Below, one piece after another: positions 38,712-47,685 of a stretch of 64,000 bases of DNA. Positions within the stretch are counted from its first letter, which is position 1, and each line of letters begins with the position of its first letter. Made by a program: the position numbers and the translations under genes. The notes beneath the pieces are model-generated. The model saw only the letters and a list, made by a program, of their open reading frames with translations. It was not told the origin of the DNA and did no database searches. The stretch is from Myxococcota bacterium (GTDB lineage: Bacteria > Myxococcota_A > UBA9160 > JAFDDA01): the NCBI GenBank assembly GCA_965228475.1, contig OZ245817.1, positions 832,001 to 896,000 on the forward strand, given 5' to 3'.

Positions 38712-39893
38712 GTGAAGGCCTGGCTCCGCGACGTCATCTTCGAGCGCTTCCAGGCCTTCGTGGGCGGCGTCTTCGGCCTGTTCGTTGCCTTGGCCGGGCT
38801 CCACGCGGCGCCGGGGGCGGGCTTGCTCGTGGCGGCGGTCTTCGTCGTCGCGGTGTCGGCGTCGCAGGCGTGGGCGTTCTCCTGGGCCGCCCGTGCTTCC
38901 GGTCAGGCCGGGGTGCGCGGTGCCCTGGCGCGGGCGTACCGGGACGGGTTCTTCGTCGCCGGCGCGGTCGCTGCGGCCTTCTTGGCGCTGGCGCTCGTCG
39001 AATCCCTGTGGCTGCGGTGGGGCGGGGCGAGTCCCCGGGTCGCAGGGCTCCCGCTCGCGGCCCTCGCCGGGCTGCTGGCTGCGGTCCTCCTGGGCGGGCA
39101 TGCGCTCTGGCCGCGGAGGGTCCGCGTGATGCCGCGCACGGTCGGCTCGCACCCGCCGGCGGAGGCGGCCTCCCTGCGGATCGCGCATTGGAGCGACCTC
39201 CACCTCGGGAACGGCGTGGGGCGCAGCGAGGTCGAGCGATGGGTCGCGCGCAGCAACGAACTCGCACCGGACCTCGTCGTGCTGACGGGAGATCTGTTCG
39301 ACGGACCGCCCGAGATCCTCCGGCCCGGGGCCGAAGCCCTCGCCGGACTCTCCGCGCCGCTCGGCGTCTTCGCGGTCCTCGGCAACCACGACGTCGAGCT
39401 CGGCGCCGATCGCGTCGCAGCGGCGCTTCGCGATCACGCGCCCGGGATCCGGCTGCTGCGCGGAGAGGGGCAGCGCCTCGAGACGCACGCGGGCGAGATC
39501 TTCGTGGCGGGCGTCGAGGACCCAGGGCGCGACTGGACGCGCGATGGCCACCTCCCGGTGCTGGAAGACCTCGCTGCACGGCGCCCGGCGGAAGCCGCCT
39601 CGCTTCTGCTCCTCCATCGGCCGGACGGGTTCCCGCAGGCGGCGCGCCTCGGGTTCGACCTCGTGCTGGCCGGACACTTCCACGGGGGACAGATCGCCGT
39701 CCCCGGAAGCGTCGGGCGCCTCTCTCCGGCCGGCCTGCTGACGCGCTATCCCTGCGGCGTGTTCAACGAGCGCGAGTCGACGCTGTTCGTGAGCCGGGGG
39801 ATCGGCTTCGCGGGCCCCCGCATCCGCGTGGGAAGTCCGCCCGAGATCGCGCTGCACACCTGGTGCCCGGCCGCGAAGGGAGCCGCTTCGTGA
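38712..39893 (+). CDS. Membrane-bound metallophosphoesterase (YkuE-like)
   Basis: SDLH, TGD, GNHD, H, GHFHGGQ, VSRGIG; GAGGAG RBS. Confidence 0.9.
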   Translation: MKAWLRDVIFERFQAFVGGVFGLFVALAGLHAAPGAGLLVAAVFVVAVSASQAWAFSWAARASGQAGVRGALARAYRDGFFVAGAVAAAFLALALVESLWLRWGGASPRVAGLPLAALAGLLAAVLLGGHALWPRRVRVMPRTVGSHPPAEAASLRIAHWSDLHLGNGVGRSEVERWVARSNELAPDLVVLTGDLFDGPPEILRPGAEALAGLSAPLGVFAVLGNHDVELGADRVAAALRDHAPGIRLLRGEGQRLETHAGEIFVAGVEDPGRDWTRDGHLPVLEDLAARRPAEAASLLLLHRPDGFPQAARLGFDLVLAGHFHGGQIAVPGSVGRLSPAGLLTRYPCGVFNERESTLFVSRGIGFAGPRIRVGSPPEIALHTWCPAAKGAAS

Positions 39894-40783
39894 AGCTCGG
39901 CCTCTGGCCCGCGCCGCATCTCTCCTGGCCCGATCTGCTCGCCCTCGCGGAGCACGCGGAACGCACCGGCTGGGACGCGCTCTGGTACGCGGACCACTTC
40001 ATGCCGCTCGACGGGAACCCGCGAGCCCCGGTGAGCGAGTGCTTCACCACCCTGGCGGCGCTTGCGGTGCGGGTCCCGCGCATGCGCCTCGGGTCGCTCG
40101 TCGCCGGCAACACCTACCGTCACCCCGCGGTGCTCGCCAAGATGGCCGCGAACCTCGACCTCCTCTCCGAGGGCCGCTTCGAACTCGGCCTCGGTTCGGC
40201 GTGGCAGGAGAACGAGCACGCCGCCTATGGGATCCCCTTCGGGACCGTCGGGGAACGGCTCGATCGGCTCGAGGAAGCCTGCGAACTGATTCGCACCCTC
40301 TTCTCCGGAACGGCGGTCTCGTTCCGCGGGCGACACTATGAGCTCGAAGCGGCGGAGCTCGAGCCCAAGCCGGTGCAGCGCCCCCTGCCGCTGCTGGTCG
40401 GGGGCGGAGGCGAGCGGCGGACCCTCCGCATCGCGGCCCGGTTCGCGGACGGGTGGAACGTCTGGGGCCGGCCCGAGTTCGTGGCGCGCAAGCTCGCCAT
40501 CCTCGACCGGCACTGCGCGGACGTCGGCCGGGACCCGGCAGCCATTCGCCGCACCGCCGTGGCCCATGCCTTTCGCGTCGAGGATCGCGGACGCGCGGCC
40601 GAGCTCGCGGCGCGCCCCCGCGCGACGCTCGCCGGCGACGCCGCGGCGCTCGGCGCCGAGCTGCGCGCCTACGCCGAACTCGGAATCGACGAGTACATCG
40701 TTCCGTCCTTCGAGGTGGAGCCGCTCGCCGAGCGGATCGCCCGCATCGACGGCCTGCGGGAAGCCTTCGACCTCGCGCGCTGA
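39890..40783 (+). CDS. LLM-class oxidoreductase, probably F420-dependent
   Basis: DHF, N.YRHPAVLAKMAA..D..S.GR..LGLG..W...EH, VGG.GE..TL. Confidence 0.88.
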   Translation: MKLGLWPAPHLSWPDLLALAEHAERTGWDALWYADHFMPLDGNPRAPVSECFTTLAALAVRVPRMRLGSLVAGNTYRHPAVLAKMAANLDLLSEGRFELGLGSAWQENEHAAYGIPFGTVGERLDRLEEACELIRTLFSGTAVSFRGRHYELEAAELEPKPVQRPLPLLVGGGGERRTLRIAARFADGWNVWGRPEFVARKLAILDRHCADVGRDPAAIRRTAVAHAFRVEDRGRAAELAARPRATLAGDAAALGAELRAYAELGIDEYIVPSFEVEPLAERIARIDGLREAFDLAR

Positions 40784-40819
40784 GCCTGCGTCTCGTACCG
40801 GCGAAGCCCTGTCGTGTGC

Positions 40820-42031
40820 CTACTTCGCGTACCAGCGGAGGATTCGGATCAGCGCTTCCACGACCTGCTCCTGCTCGGGCTCTCGGAGCCCGGGGTAGAG
40901 CGGCAGGGAGAGGAGGCGGTCGGAGGCGTCGGTCGCGACCGGCACTTGCTCGGGCCGGTGGCCGGCGCTCCGGAAGAAGCCGTGAAGGGGAAGGGCGCGG
41001 AAGTGGACCCCCACGCCGACGTTCTCTTCGAGCAGCGCTTGCAGGACGTGGTCCCGGCCGACGCGCAGGCGCTCCGTCCGCAGCCGCACGGGAAACAGGT
41101 GGGCCGCGTTCTCCGAATCGTCGGGCCCGACGACGGGATCGACGAGCTCGCTCTCGGCGAGGGCGCTTCGGTAGCGAGCATCGACCCGCCGGCGAAGTTC
41201 GATCTGCTCGGGCAGCCGCGCGAGCTGGACGCGGCCGATCGCCGCCTGGAGATCGTTGAGGTTGTACTTCCAGCCGAGCGAGACGGCCTCCCAGTGCTCG
41301 TAGGCGCGGCCATCGCGCTGGCTGGCGTCGAGATCGATCCCGTGGAGCCGGGCGATGCGCATGCGGTCCGCCCAGTCCGCGTGGGTCGACGCCACGAGTC
41401 CGCCCTCGCAGGTCGTGAGGTTCTTCGTCGCGTAGAAGCTGAAGGCCGAGGCATCGCCGAGGGTGCCCGCCGGGTGGCCCCGGTACGTCGCACCGATCGC
41501 GTGCGCTGCGTCCTCGATGATCGCGAGCCCGTGCTCGCGCGCGATCTCCCAGAGCGGGGCCATGTCCGTCGGCCAGCCGGCGAAGTGGACCGGGACGATC
41601 GCGCGCGTCCGGGGAGAGACCACGGCGCGCACGGAAGCCGCGTCGAGCGTCAGGCGCTCGGGGTGGACGTCGGCGAAGACGGGCGTGCCGCCCGCGTGGA
41701 GGATGGCGTTGGCCGAAGCCGGAAACGTGATGGGCGACGTGATGACTTCGTCGCCCGGGCCGATCCCCGCGGCCACCAGGGCGAGGTGAAGCCCCGCGGT
41801 GCACGAAGCGACCGAGACCGATTGGGCGTGGGGCAGGCCGAGATAGTCCGCGAGTTCGGCTTCGAAGCGCTCGCACTCGGGGCCCGTGGAGATCCAACCC
41901 GAGCGCAGGGCACGGACGGCCGCCTCCTCCTCTTCCGAGCCGAGCTCGACCCGGAAGAACGGCAGCAGGGTCTCGCGGACCGGCAGCCCCCCTTCGATGG
42001 CGGGGCGGTCGTCGGCGTCGGAGAGGCTCAT
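40820..42031 (-). CDS. DegT/DnrJ/EryC1/StrS sugar aminotransferase (ArnB-like)
   Basis: SGWI.TGP, SCTAGLHL, IEDAAHA, FSFYATKNLTTCEGG. Confidence 0.93.
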   Translation of the reverse strand: MSLSDADDRPAIEGGLPVRETLLPFFRVELGSEEEEAAVRALRSGWISTGPECERFEAELADYLGLPHAQSVSVASCTAGLHLALVAAGIGPGDEVITSPITFPASANAILHAGGTPVFADVHPERLTLDAASVRAVVSPRTRAIVPVHFAGWPTDMAPLWEIAREHGLAIIEDAAHAIGATYRGHPAGTLGDASAFSFYATKNLTTCEGGLVASTHADWADRMRIARLHGIDLDASQRDGRAYEHWEAVSLGWKYNLNDLQAAIGRVQLARLPEQIELRRRVDARYRSALAESELVDPVVGPDDSENAAHLFPVRLRTERLRVGRDHVLQALLEENVGVGVHFRALPLHGFFRSAGHRPEQVPVATDASDRLLSLPLYPGLREPEQEQVVEALIRILRWYAK

Positions 42032-42978
42032 GCCCCGCCTCCGCTTCCCGGGCCGTCGTTCCCGTCCCGGAGGGGCCCTTCGCGAACCACGTAGCCCGGG
42101 TCGCCGCCGCTCACGCGCTTGTAGGTCCGCGCGAGGTAGAGGCCGAGCACGCCGGCCGCGCTGAAGACCCCGCCGAGGCCGAAGAGGGTCAGCGCGAAGG
42201 CCGGTGCGAGCCAGCCCGAAGGTTCGAGCCAGAGAGAAAGAAGGACGCCGAGCCCGCCGAGCCCGAGCCCGGCCGCGCCGAGGGCGCCGAGGGCGATCAG
42301 CGGGAACGTCGTGAAGCTCGTGATGAGATCCAGGTTCACCCGCACGAGGGCGACGAGCCCGTAGCGCGACTCGCCCCGGTGGCGGGGCTCGTGGCGGACC
42401 GTCACCTCGCTCACCGGGTAGCCGAGCCAGAGGGCGAGCGGGAAGAAGGGTTTGCCGGGCGCCCAGATGCGGGTGGTCGCGTCGACGACCTCGCGCCGAT
42501 AGGCCTTGAACTGGCCGCCGACGTCCTGGATCTCCGTCCCCGTGAGCCAGCGCGCGAGGGTGTGGACGGCGCGCGAGCCGAGCCAGCGCCAGCCGGGCTC
42601 GTGGCGTTCGGCGCGCCGGGCGGTCGCGACGCTCGCGCCCTTCTCGATCGCGTCGAGGAGGCGCGGAATCTCTTCCGGCGGGTTCTGGAGGTCGCCGTCC
42701 ATGGTGACGACGATCTCCCCACGCGCGGCGAACAGGCCGCAGGCGAGGGCAGCGGCCTGCCCGAAGTTCCGGGTGAGCGCGAAACTCCGCAGCCTGGGAT
42801 CCTCGCGCTCCCGCTCGCGCAGCCGCGCCAGGGTCTCGTCGCGGCTGCCGTCATCGACGAGCACGAGCTCGAAGGTCTCGCCGCGCGCCTCGAGGGCGGC
42901 CACGGTGCGGTCGATCAAGGCATCGACCGAGCCCGCTTCGTCGAGCAGCGGAACGACGATGGAGATGCGGGGCGTCAC
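42028..42978 (-). CDS. GT2 polyprenyl-phosphate glycosyltransferase (ArnC-like)
   Basis: VDDGSRD, RNFGQ.AA, MDGDLQNPPEEIP, two C-terminal TM helices. Confidence 0.9.
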   Translation of the reverse strand: MTPRISIVVPLLDEAGSVDALIDRTVAALEARGETFELVLVDDGSRDETLARLREREREDPRLRSFALTRNFGQAAALACGLFAARGEIVVTMDGDLQNPPEEIPRLLDAIEKGASVATARRAERHEPGWRWLGSRAVHTLARWLTGTEIQDVGGQFKAYRREVVDATTRIWAPGKPFFPLALWLGYPVSEVTVRHEPRHRGESRYGLVALVRVNLDLITSFTTFPLIALGALGAAGLGLGGLGVLLSLWLEPSGWLAPAFALTLFGLGGVFSAAGVLGLYLARTYKRVSGGDPGYVVREGPLRDGNDGPGSGGGA

Positions 42979-43706
42979 CGCGTTCCTCCCGCGGCGGAGC
43001 GCAGCACCCGGCTCGCTTCCTCTTCGCCGACGCACAGGAGCAGGTCGAGCGCCGAGAGGTGCGAGACGAAGGGTTCGTGACGCTGGGGCCAGACCGGGTG
43101 CGCGTACTGCTGGAAGTGGACGCGGAGGCCGTGCCGTTCGAAGAGCGGAACGTCGAAGTAGCTTCGCCCGGTCTCGCCTTCGACGAGCTCGCTCGCGCCG
43201 AGCGCTTCCATGTAGGCGATGATCCGATGCGTCGGCCCCGGCTCCTCGGGGAACCGCTCGCGGTACCGGGCTTCGAGGCCGAGCTCGGAGGACAGCAGGA
43301 TCGGGGTCTCGATGCGCAGGCGCTCGGCGATGAACCGAAGGCTCGGAATCGAGGCGTCGACCAGACGCTCGGCGGCGGGGTCGAGGGTGGCCTCGAGCGC
43401 GTCGATCAGGCCGGGTGCGTGGGGCGAGCGCCCGTAGGCGTGGCGGAGCGTCGCCAGGTGCTTGCGGGCCCAGGGGGCCTCGCCGTCGAGCGCGACTTCG
43501 GCGATGGCCTCGCCGCTGCGGGGCCGGACGGGCAGCGTCAGCCACTGGGGGCCTTCCGGGCCGCGGATGCGGTTGCGATGGGCCCAGCCGCTGCTCGAGA
43601 AGTCCATCTCGTCCGCGAGCAGGAACGCATCGACGTGCAACATCTGATCGAAGTAGCCGAGCCAGGGCAGGTAACCGGGCTGGATCCCGGCGATGCGCGT
43701 GGCCAT
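42975..43706 (-). CDS. WbqC-like family protein
   Basis: QP.YLPWLGYF, W..RNRI, WLT.PV, SALDLL. Confidence 0.9.
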   Translation of the reverse strand: MATRIAGIQPGYLPWLGYFDQMLHVDAFLLADEMDFSSSGWAHRNRIRGPEGPQWLTLPVRPRSGEAIAEVALDGEAPWARKHLATLRHAYGRSPHAPGLIDALEATLDPAAERLVDASIPSLRFIAERLRIETPILLSSELGLEARYRERFPEEPGPTHRIIAYMEALGASELVEGETGRSYFDVPLFERHGLRVHFQQYAHPVWPQRHEPFVSHLSALDLLLCVGEEEASRVLRSAAGGTR

Positions 43707-43785
43707 GGGGACGTCTCCGCTCTGCCCAGCCCCAACCTGGCTGGACCGCGCATGATATCACCCGGCGCGGGCTTCGGCGTTGGGT

Positions 43786-44865
43786 TCAGGCGCGCTCGAG
43801 CTCGTCGAGCTGGAGGGGCCGCAGCTCTCCGGAACGCTCCGCGCGGAGAACGTCGCCGTAGCCGGAGCGGATCGTCCGCTTCATCGACCGCCGCACCCAG
43901 TCCGGAACGTCGAGGGAGTCGATGTATTCGAAGTTCCGCTTCGCGTAGTACAGGCGTCCGGCGCGCACGAGCGGCGGGTCCTCGGGCTGGTTCGTCCGAT
44001 CCCGCCAGCCGCGGTAGGCGTGTTGCGCATCTTCTGCGGGGATTCCGCACAGCATGAGCGTTCGCGTGCGGGTCTGCGCGGGAAGCCGGCCGTCCCGCTT
44101 GTGGCGCCCGATGTAGAGGCTCGCCGCGAACTGCGCGAACCCGAGGCAGGCGGGAACCCGCAGCACCGGGTGCATCTTGGAAAGTGAGATCTGGCCCGTC
44201 CTGCGCGACATCTGCATGTGGCGCGCCTCGTCGATGGCGTGGTTCTTCAGGATCTCGCGCACTGCCGGGTCCATGCCCGGTTCGTCGATCGCGCAGCGCT
44301 CCACCGTCTTCTGGTTCACGTTCAGCGGGAACCGCGTGAAGTAGTAGTAGTTGAGGTCGCCCCGGAGCCAGCCGAGCAGCGAGTGCGCCTGGACGTAGCG
44401 CTTGGCCATTCGCAGCGAGGGGTTGGCCTCGCGCAGGTCCGCCAGCGTCAGGCCGTGGTGGGCCAGCACCTTCCGGATCACGATCAGGAAGGTCTGGATG
44501 TGGACGCTTTCCTCGACGACCTCCCGAGCCATGTAGAGCGCGACGTCCGGGTCCTCGTCGATGAAGGTCGAGAGCGCCGCTTCGTAGTTGAGGACGTTGG
44601 TCGCGGCCTCGGCGACGGCCGTCGAGTAGTAGCTCTGGCAGAAGGAAAGCCGGTTCAGCAGCAGGCGCTGCTCCTCGCTCATCTGCTCCCAGACGGGCTC
44701 CCCGTAGAACCAGGTCATCTCGAGGGGGAAGAGAAGATGATCGCCGAGCTTCGAAGCGTCGAACGCCTCGGCCGGACCGAGGAAGAGCTCGCGCTGTCTC
44801 TCGACGTCCCTGTCGCTCACGGACTGGAGTCGCCGTGTGAAATCGAAATCGGCCGCTGCTGCCAT
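43786..44865 (-). CDS. AurF-like ferritin-fold diiron oxygenase
   Basis: AVAE, EESVH and HAIDEARH (H-x3-E-x2-H) ligand pattern; GGAGG RBS. Confidence 0.78.
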   Translation of the reverse strand: MAAAADFDFTRRLQSVSDRDVERQRELFLGPAEAFDASKLGDHLLFPLEMTWFYGEPVWEQMSEEQRLLLNRLSFCQSYYSTAVAEAATNVLNYEAALSTFIDEDPDVALYMAREVVEESVHIQTFLIVIRKVLAHHGLTLADLREANPSLRMAKRYVQAHSLLGWLRGDLNYYYFTRFPLNVNQKTVERCAIDEPGMDPAVREILKNHAIDEARHMQMSRRTGQISLSKMHPVLRVPACLGFAQFAASLYIGRHKRDGRLPAQTRTRTLMLCGIPAEDAQHAYRGWRDRTNQPEDPPLVRAGRLYYAKRNFEYIDSLDVPDWVRRSMKRTIRSGYGDVLRAERSGELRPLQLDELERA

Positions 44866-44920
44866 GGTGCCTCCGCGAGAACCGCAGGGAGCTTCGCTCG
44901 GGGCCGCGCCCCGCGTCAAG

Positions 44921-45985
44921 TCAGCCCTCGTCCGGAGGCCCTGGCGGCCCGTCCCGGCCGTCGGAGGCCGCCGGCGCGCCGGTCTCCCGGCGGACCACGT
45001 AGGAGGGCCGGCGCATCGTCCGGAGATGGATGCGCGCGAGGTACTCCCCGAAGATCCCGAGGGTGAAGAGCTGGACCCCGGAGAAGAAGCAGACGACGGC
45101 GAAGATGAACGTGTCCGGGGGGACGGCGAGGCCCCGCAGCCGGTAGAAGCCGATGGCGTAGCAGGTCGCGGAGAAGCCCACGAGGGTGAAGACGAAGCCG
45201 AGGACGCTCGCGGCCTGCAGGGGGCGCACGCTGAAGTTCGTCACCGTATGGAAGGCGTGGCGCACGAGGCGGTAGGGCGAGTAGTTCGACCGCCCGTGTT
45301 TGCGCGCGGCGTGCTCGACCGTCACGTGCGCGATGCGGCCCGCGCCCCAGGTCAAGAGCGCGTCGATCGTGACGAAGGACCCTTCGTAGTCCGCGAAGGA
45401 GTCGCGCACCGAGGTCCGGAAGGCCCGGAAGGGGCTCGAGTGCCGGGACACCTCGGAGCCGAGCACGCCGAACAGGAGGCCGTGGATGGCCGAGGACGCG
45501 AGCCGCCGGGGTGCCGAGTGCGGCCGGGCCGTCGGCGTCCCGTAGACCACGTCGGCGCCCTGGTCGATCTTCGCGAGGAGCGCCGGGATCGACTCGGGAG
45601 GGTGCTGGAGGTCGTCGTCGAGCGTCACGATCCGGTCGAAGCGCGCCGCACGGATGCCGGCGAGGAGCGCCGCGTGCTGACCGAAGTTGCGGACGAGGTC
45701 GATGCCGAGGACGCGCGGATCTCCGGCGGCGAGCTTCACGATCTGGGGCCAGCTCTCGTCGCGGCTGCCGTCGTTCACCAGCAGGATCTCGAAGGGGGCG
45801 CTGCGCGGGGCGAGGACGCCGACGATCCGCTCCACGAGTTCGTGGAGCGACGCGGCGCCGTTGAACACCGGCACGACGACCGAGACCGATGCCGATTGCG
45901 ACGCCGCAAGCGATGCAGTCCCTTCGTCCGTACCGGCAGCGCTGGAAATCGGGCGTTCCAAGCTCGTGGCGCCTCCCACCCCCAT
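44921..45985 (-). CDS. GT2 polyprenyl-phosphate glycosyltransferase (ArnC/GtrB-like)
   Basis: VVPVFN, VNDGSRD, RNFGQHAA, DDDLQHPPE, C-terminal TM helices. Confidence 0.9.
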   Translation of the reverse strand: MGVGGATSLERPISSAAGTDEGTASLAASQSASVSVVVPVFNGAASLHELVERIVGVLAPRSAPFEILLVNDGSRDESWPQIVKLAAGDPRVLGIDLVRNFGQHAALLAGIRAARFDRIVTLDDDLQHPPESIPALLAKIDQGADVVYGTPTARPHSAPRRLASSAIHGLLFGVLGSEVSRHSSPFRAFRTSVRDSFADYEGSFVTIDALLTWGAGRIAHVTVEHAARKHGRSNYSPYRLVRHAFHTVTNFSVRPLQAASVLGFVFTLVGFSATCYAIGFYRLRGLAVPPDTFIFAVVCFFSGVQLFTLGIFGEYLARIHLRTMRRPSYVVRRETGAPAASDGRDGPPGPPDEG

Positions 45986-46036
45986 GATAGGCCCGATCGC
46001 CCCGGTTCTCCCAGGCTCGAAAGCCCGGGGCAGGGC

Positions 46037-46972
46037 TCAGCCGTCTTGCCGGGCGAGTGCGCGGATGTTGCCGCCCGTCGCGCCCAGGCGTCGTGCCGCC
46101 CAGTCGAGGCCGTCGAAGGCGAACCCGGCCGCGCGCGCGAGCCCCGTCGCTTCGGCGAGGCCGTCGGGCTTGGGGACGCGAGACTCGGTTGCGACGACCC
46201 GGTAGCCGGCTTCTTCGAGCAGGCGCGCGAGCGTCGCGCGCTGGAACTCGTAGAGGTGGAAGGGTTCGATCGTCTCGCCGGGCGCCGGGAACTTGAGGGT
46301 TCGCAGCAGGCCGTCGCCCGCGAGTCCGAGCCCGCGCAGGAGCGGCAGAGCGCGGCGGAGTCCGCGGAACCAGGCCGAGCCGACGTAGGTGGGCACCTCG
46401 ATCACCAGGAGCCCGCCGGGCTTCAACCATTCGCCGACGCGTGCGATGCCGGCCGCCGGGGAGCGCAGGTGTTCGAGGACGTGGCCCATGTAGAGCACGT
46501 CGACGGGCGCGCCCGGCCCGCGGCCTTCGGGAAAGGCCGCGCGTTCGACCGGGAGTTCGAGGGTCTCGCGGGCGTGCCGCGTTCCGACCTCGGTGATCTC
46601 CTGCCCCTGAACCCGCCAGCCGCGGTCCCGGGCGAGCTTCAGGAACCAGCCTCCCGCGCAGCCGATCTCGAAGAGCGAACCGCGCTCGCCCCGGGTCTCC
46701 TCTTCGATGGCGTCGAGCAGCGCGCCGTAGCGGTCGAGGAGCCTCGGGAAGCTGTCGAAGTAGCTGGCCTCGGACAGACAGCTGTCGTAGTCCTTCTCGA
46801 AGTAGTCGTCGTCGTAGAGGGACGCGACCGCTTCGGCGGAGGGCAGCGGGCGAACCTGGACGAGCCGGCAGCCGCGGCAACGGACGAGGTCGTAGTGCGC
46901 GCCCGCGTGGGCGTACATCTCGGGCGCATACGTCGCGAAGTCGCTGCCGCCGCACAGGTCGCAGGGAGTCAC
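46037..46972 (-). CDS. Class I SAM-dependent methyltransferase
   Basis: N-terminal CDLC/CRGC, EIGCAGG, HVLEH, LKPGG. Confidence 0.88.
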   Translation of the reverse strand: MTPCDLCGGSDFATYAPEMYAHAGAHYDLVRCRGCRLVQVRPLPSAEAVASLYDDDYFEKDYDSCLSEASYFDSFPRLLDRYGALLDAIEEETRGERGSLFEIGCAGGWFLKLARDRGWRVQGQEITEVGTRHARETLELPVERAAFPEGRGPGAPVDVLYMGHVLEHLRSPAAGIARVGEWLKPGGLLVIEVPTYVGSAWFRGLRRALPLLRGLGLAGDGLLRTLKFPAPGETIEPFHLYEFQRATLARLLEEAGYRVVATESRVPKPDGLAEATGLARAAGFAFDGLDWAARRLGATGGNIRALARQDG

Positions 46973-47685
46973 GCTCGCCTCAGCAGCTCGCGGAAGCGCA
47001 GCCGCAGCACGGTCGAGTAGCCCTGCCAGAGCTGCCGCCAGCCGAGCTTCGAATCCCCGTGCGCGCGCTCGACGAACGCCACCGGCACCTCTGCGATCCG
47101 CAGGCCACGGCGGTGCGCGCGGAAGAGCACCTCCTGCACGATGGCCGGGCCGACCGCCGCGAGGCTCCCGGGGTCGATGGTCTCGAGCGCCTCGCGGCGG
47201 AAGCAGCGGAAGCCCGAGTTCGCGTCCCGCACGGACATGCCGAACAGGAAGCGGATGTAGGCGTTGGCGGCGAGGGTGAGGACGCGCCGCCAGGCGGCGC
47301 GGTCGGCGTCGCTGCCGTCGCCGACGAAGCGCGAGCCGAGGGCGACGTCCGCCTGCTCGCAGGCGAGCAGCAGGTCCGGCACGTAGGCCGGGTCGTGGGA
47401 GAGGTCGCCGTCCATCTCGAGGATGCGGTCGGCGCCGCGGGCGAGCGCCGCCGCATAGCCGTCGCGGCCGGCCAGGCCGCGGCCCTTCGGGCCCTTGCGC
47501 TCGAGCACGCCGGCGAAGGGGTGGCGCTCGGCGTATTCGCGGACGCAGGCGGCGGTTCCGTCCGGCGAAGCGTCGTCCACCACGAGCGCTTCGAGGCCAT
47601 CGATCTCGAGGGCGCGCAGGCCGTCGAGCAGGGGGACGACGTTCTCGCGCTCGTTGTAGGTCGGGATGAAGACGACGATCTTCAC
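46969..47685 (-). CDS. Polyprenol monophosphomannose synthase (DPM1-like GT2)
   Basis: IPTYNE.EN, VDDASPDGT, MDGDLSHDP, GSRF, D.NSGFR, F.ER..G.SK. Confidence 0.88.
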   Translation of the reverse strand: MKIVVFIPTYNERENVVPLLDGLRALEIDGLEALVVDDASPDGTAACVREYAERHPFAGVLERKGPKGRGLAGRDGYAAALARGADRILEMDGDLSHDPAYVPDLLLACEQADVALGSRFVGDGSDADRAAWRRVLTLAANAYIRFLFGMSVRDANSGFRCFRREALETIDPGSLAAVGPAIVQEVLFRAHRRGLRIAEVPVAFVERAHGDSKLGWRQLWQGYSTVLRLRFRELLRRA

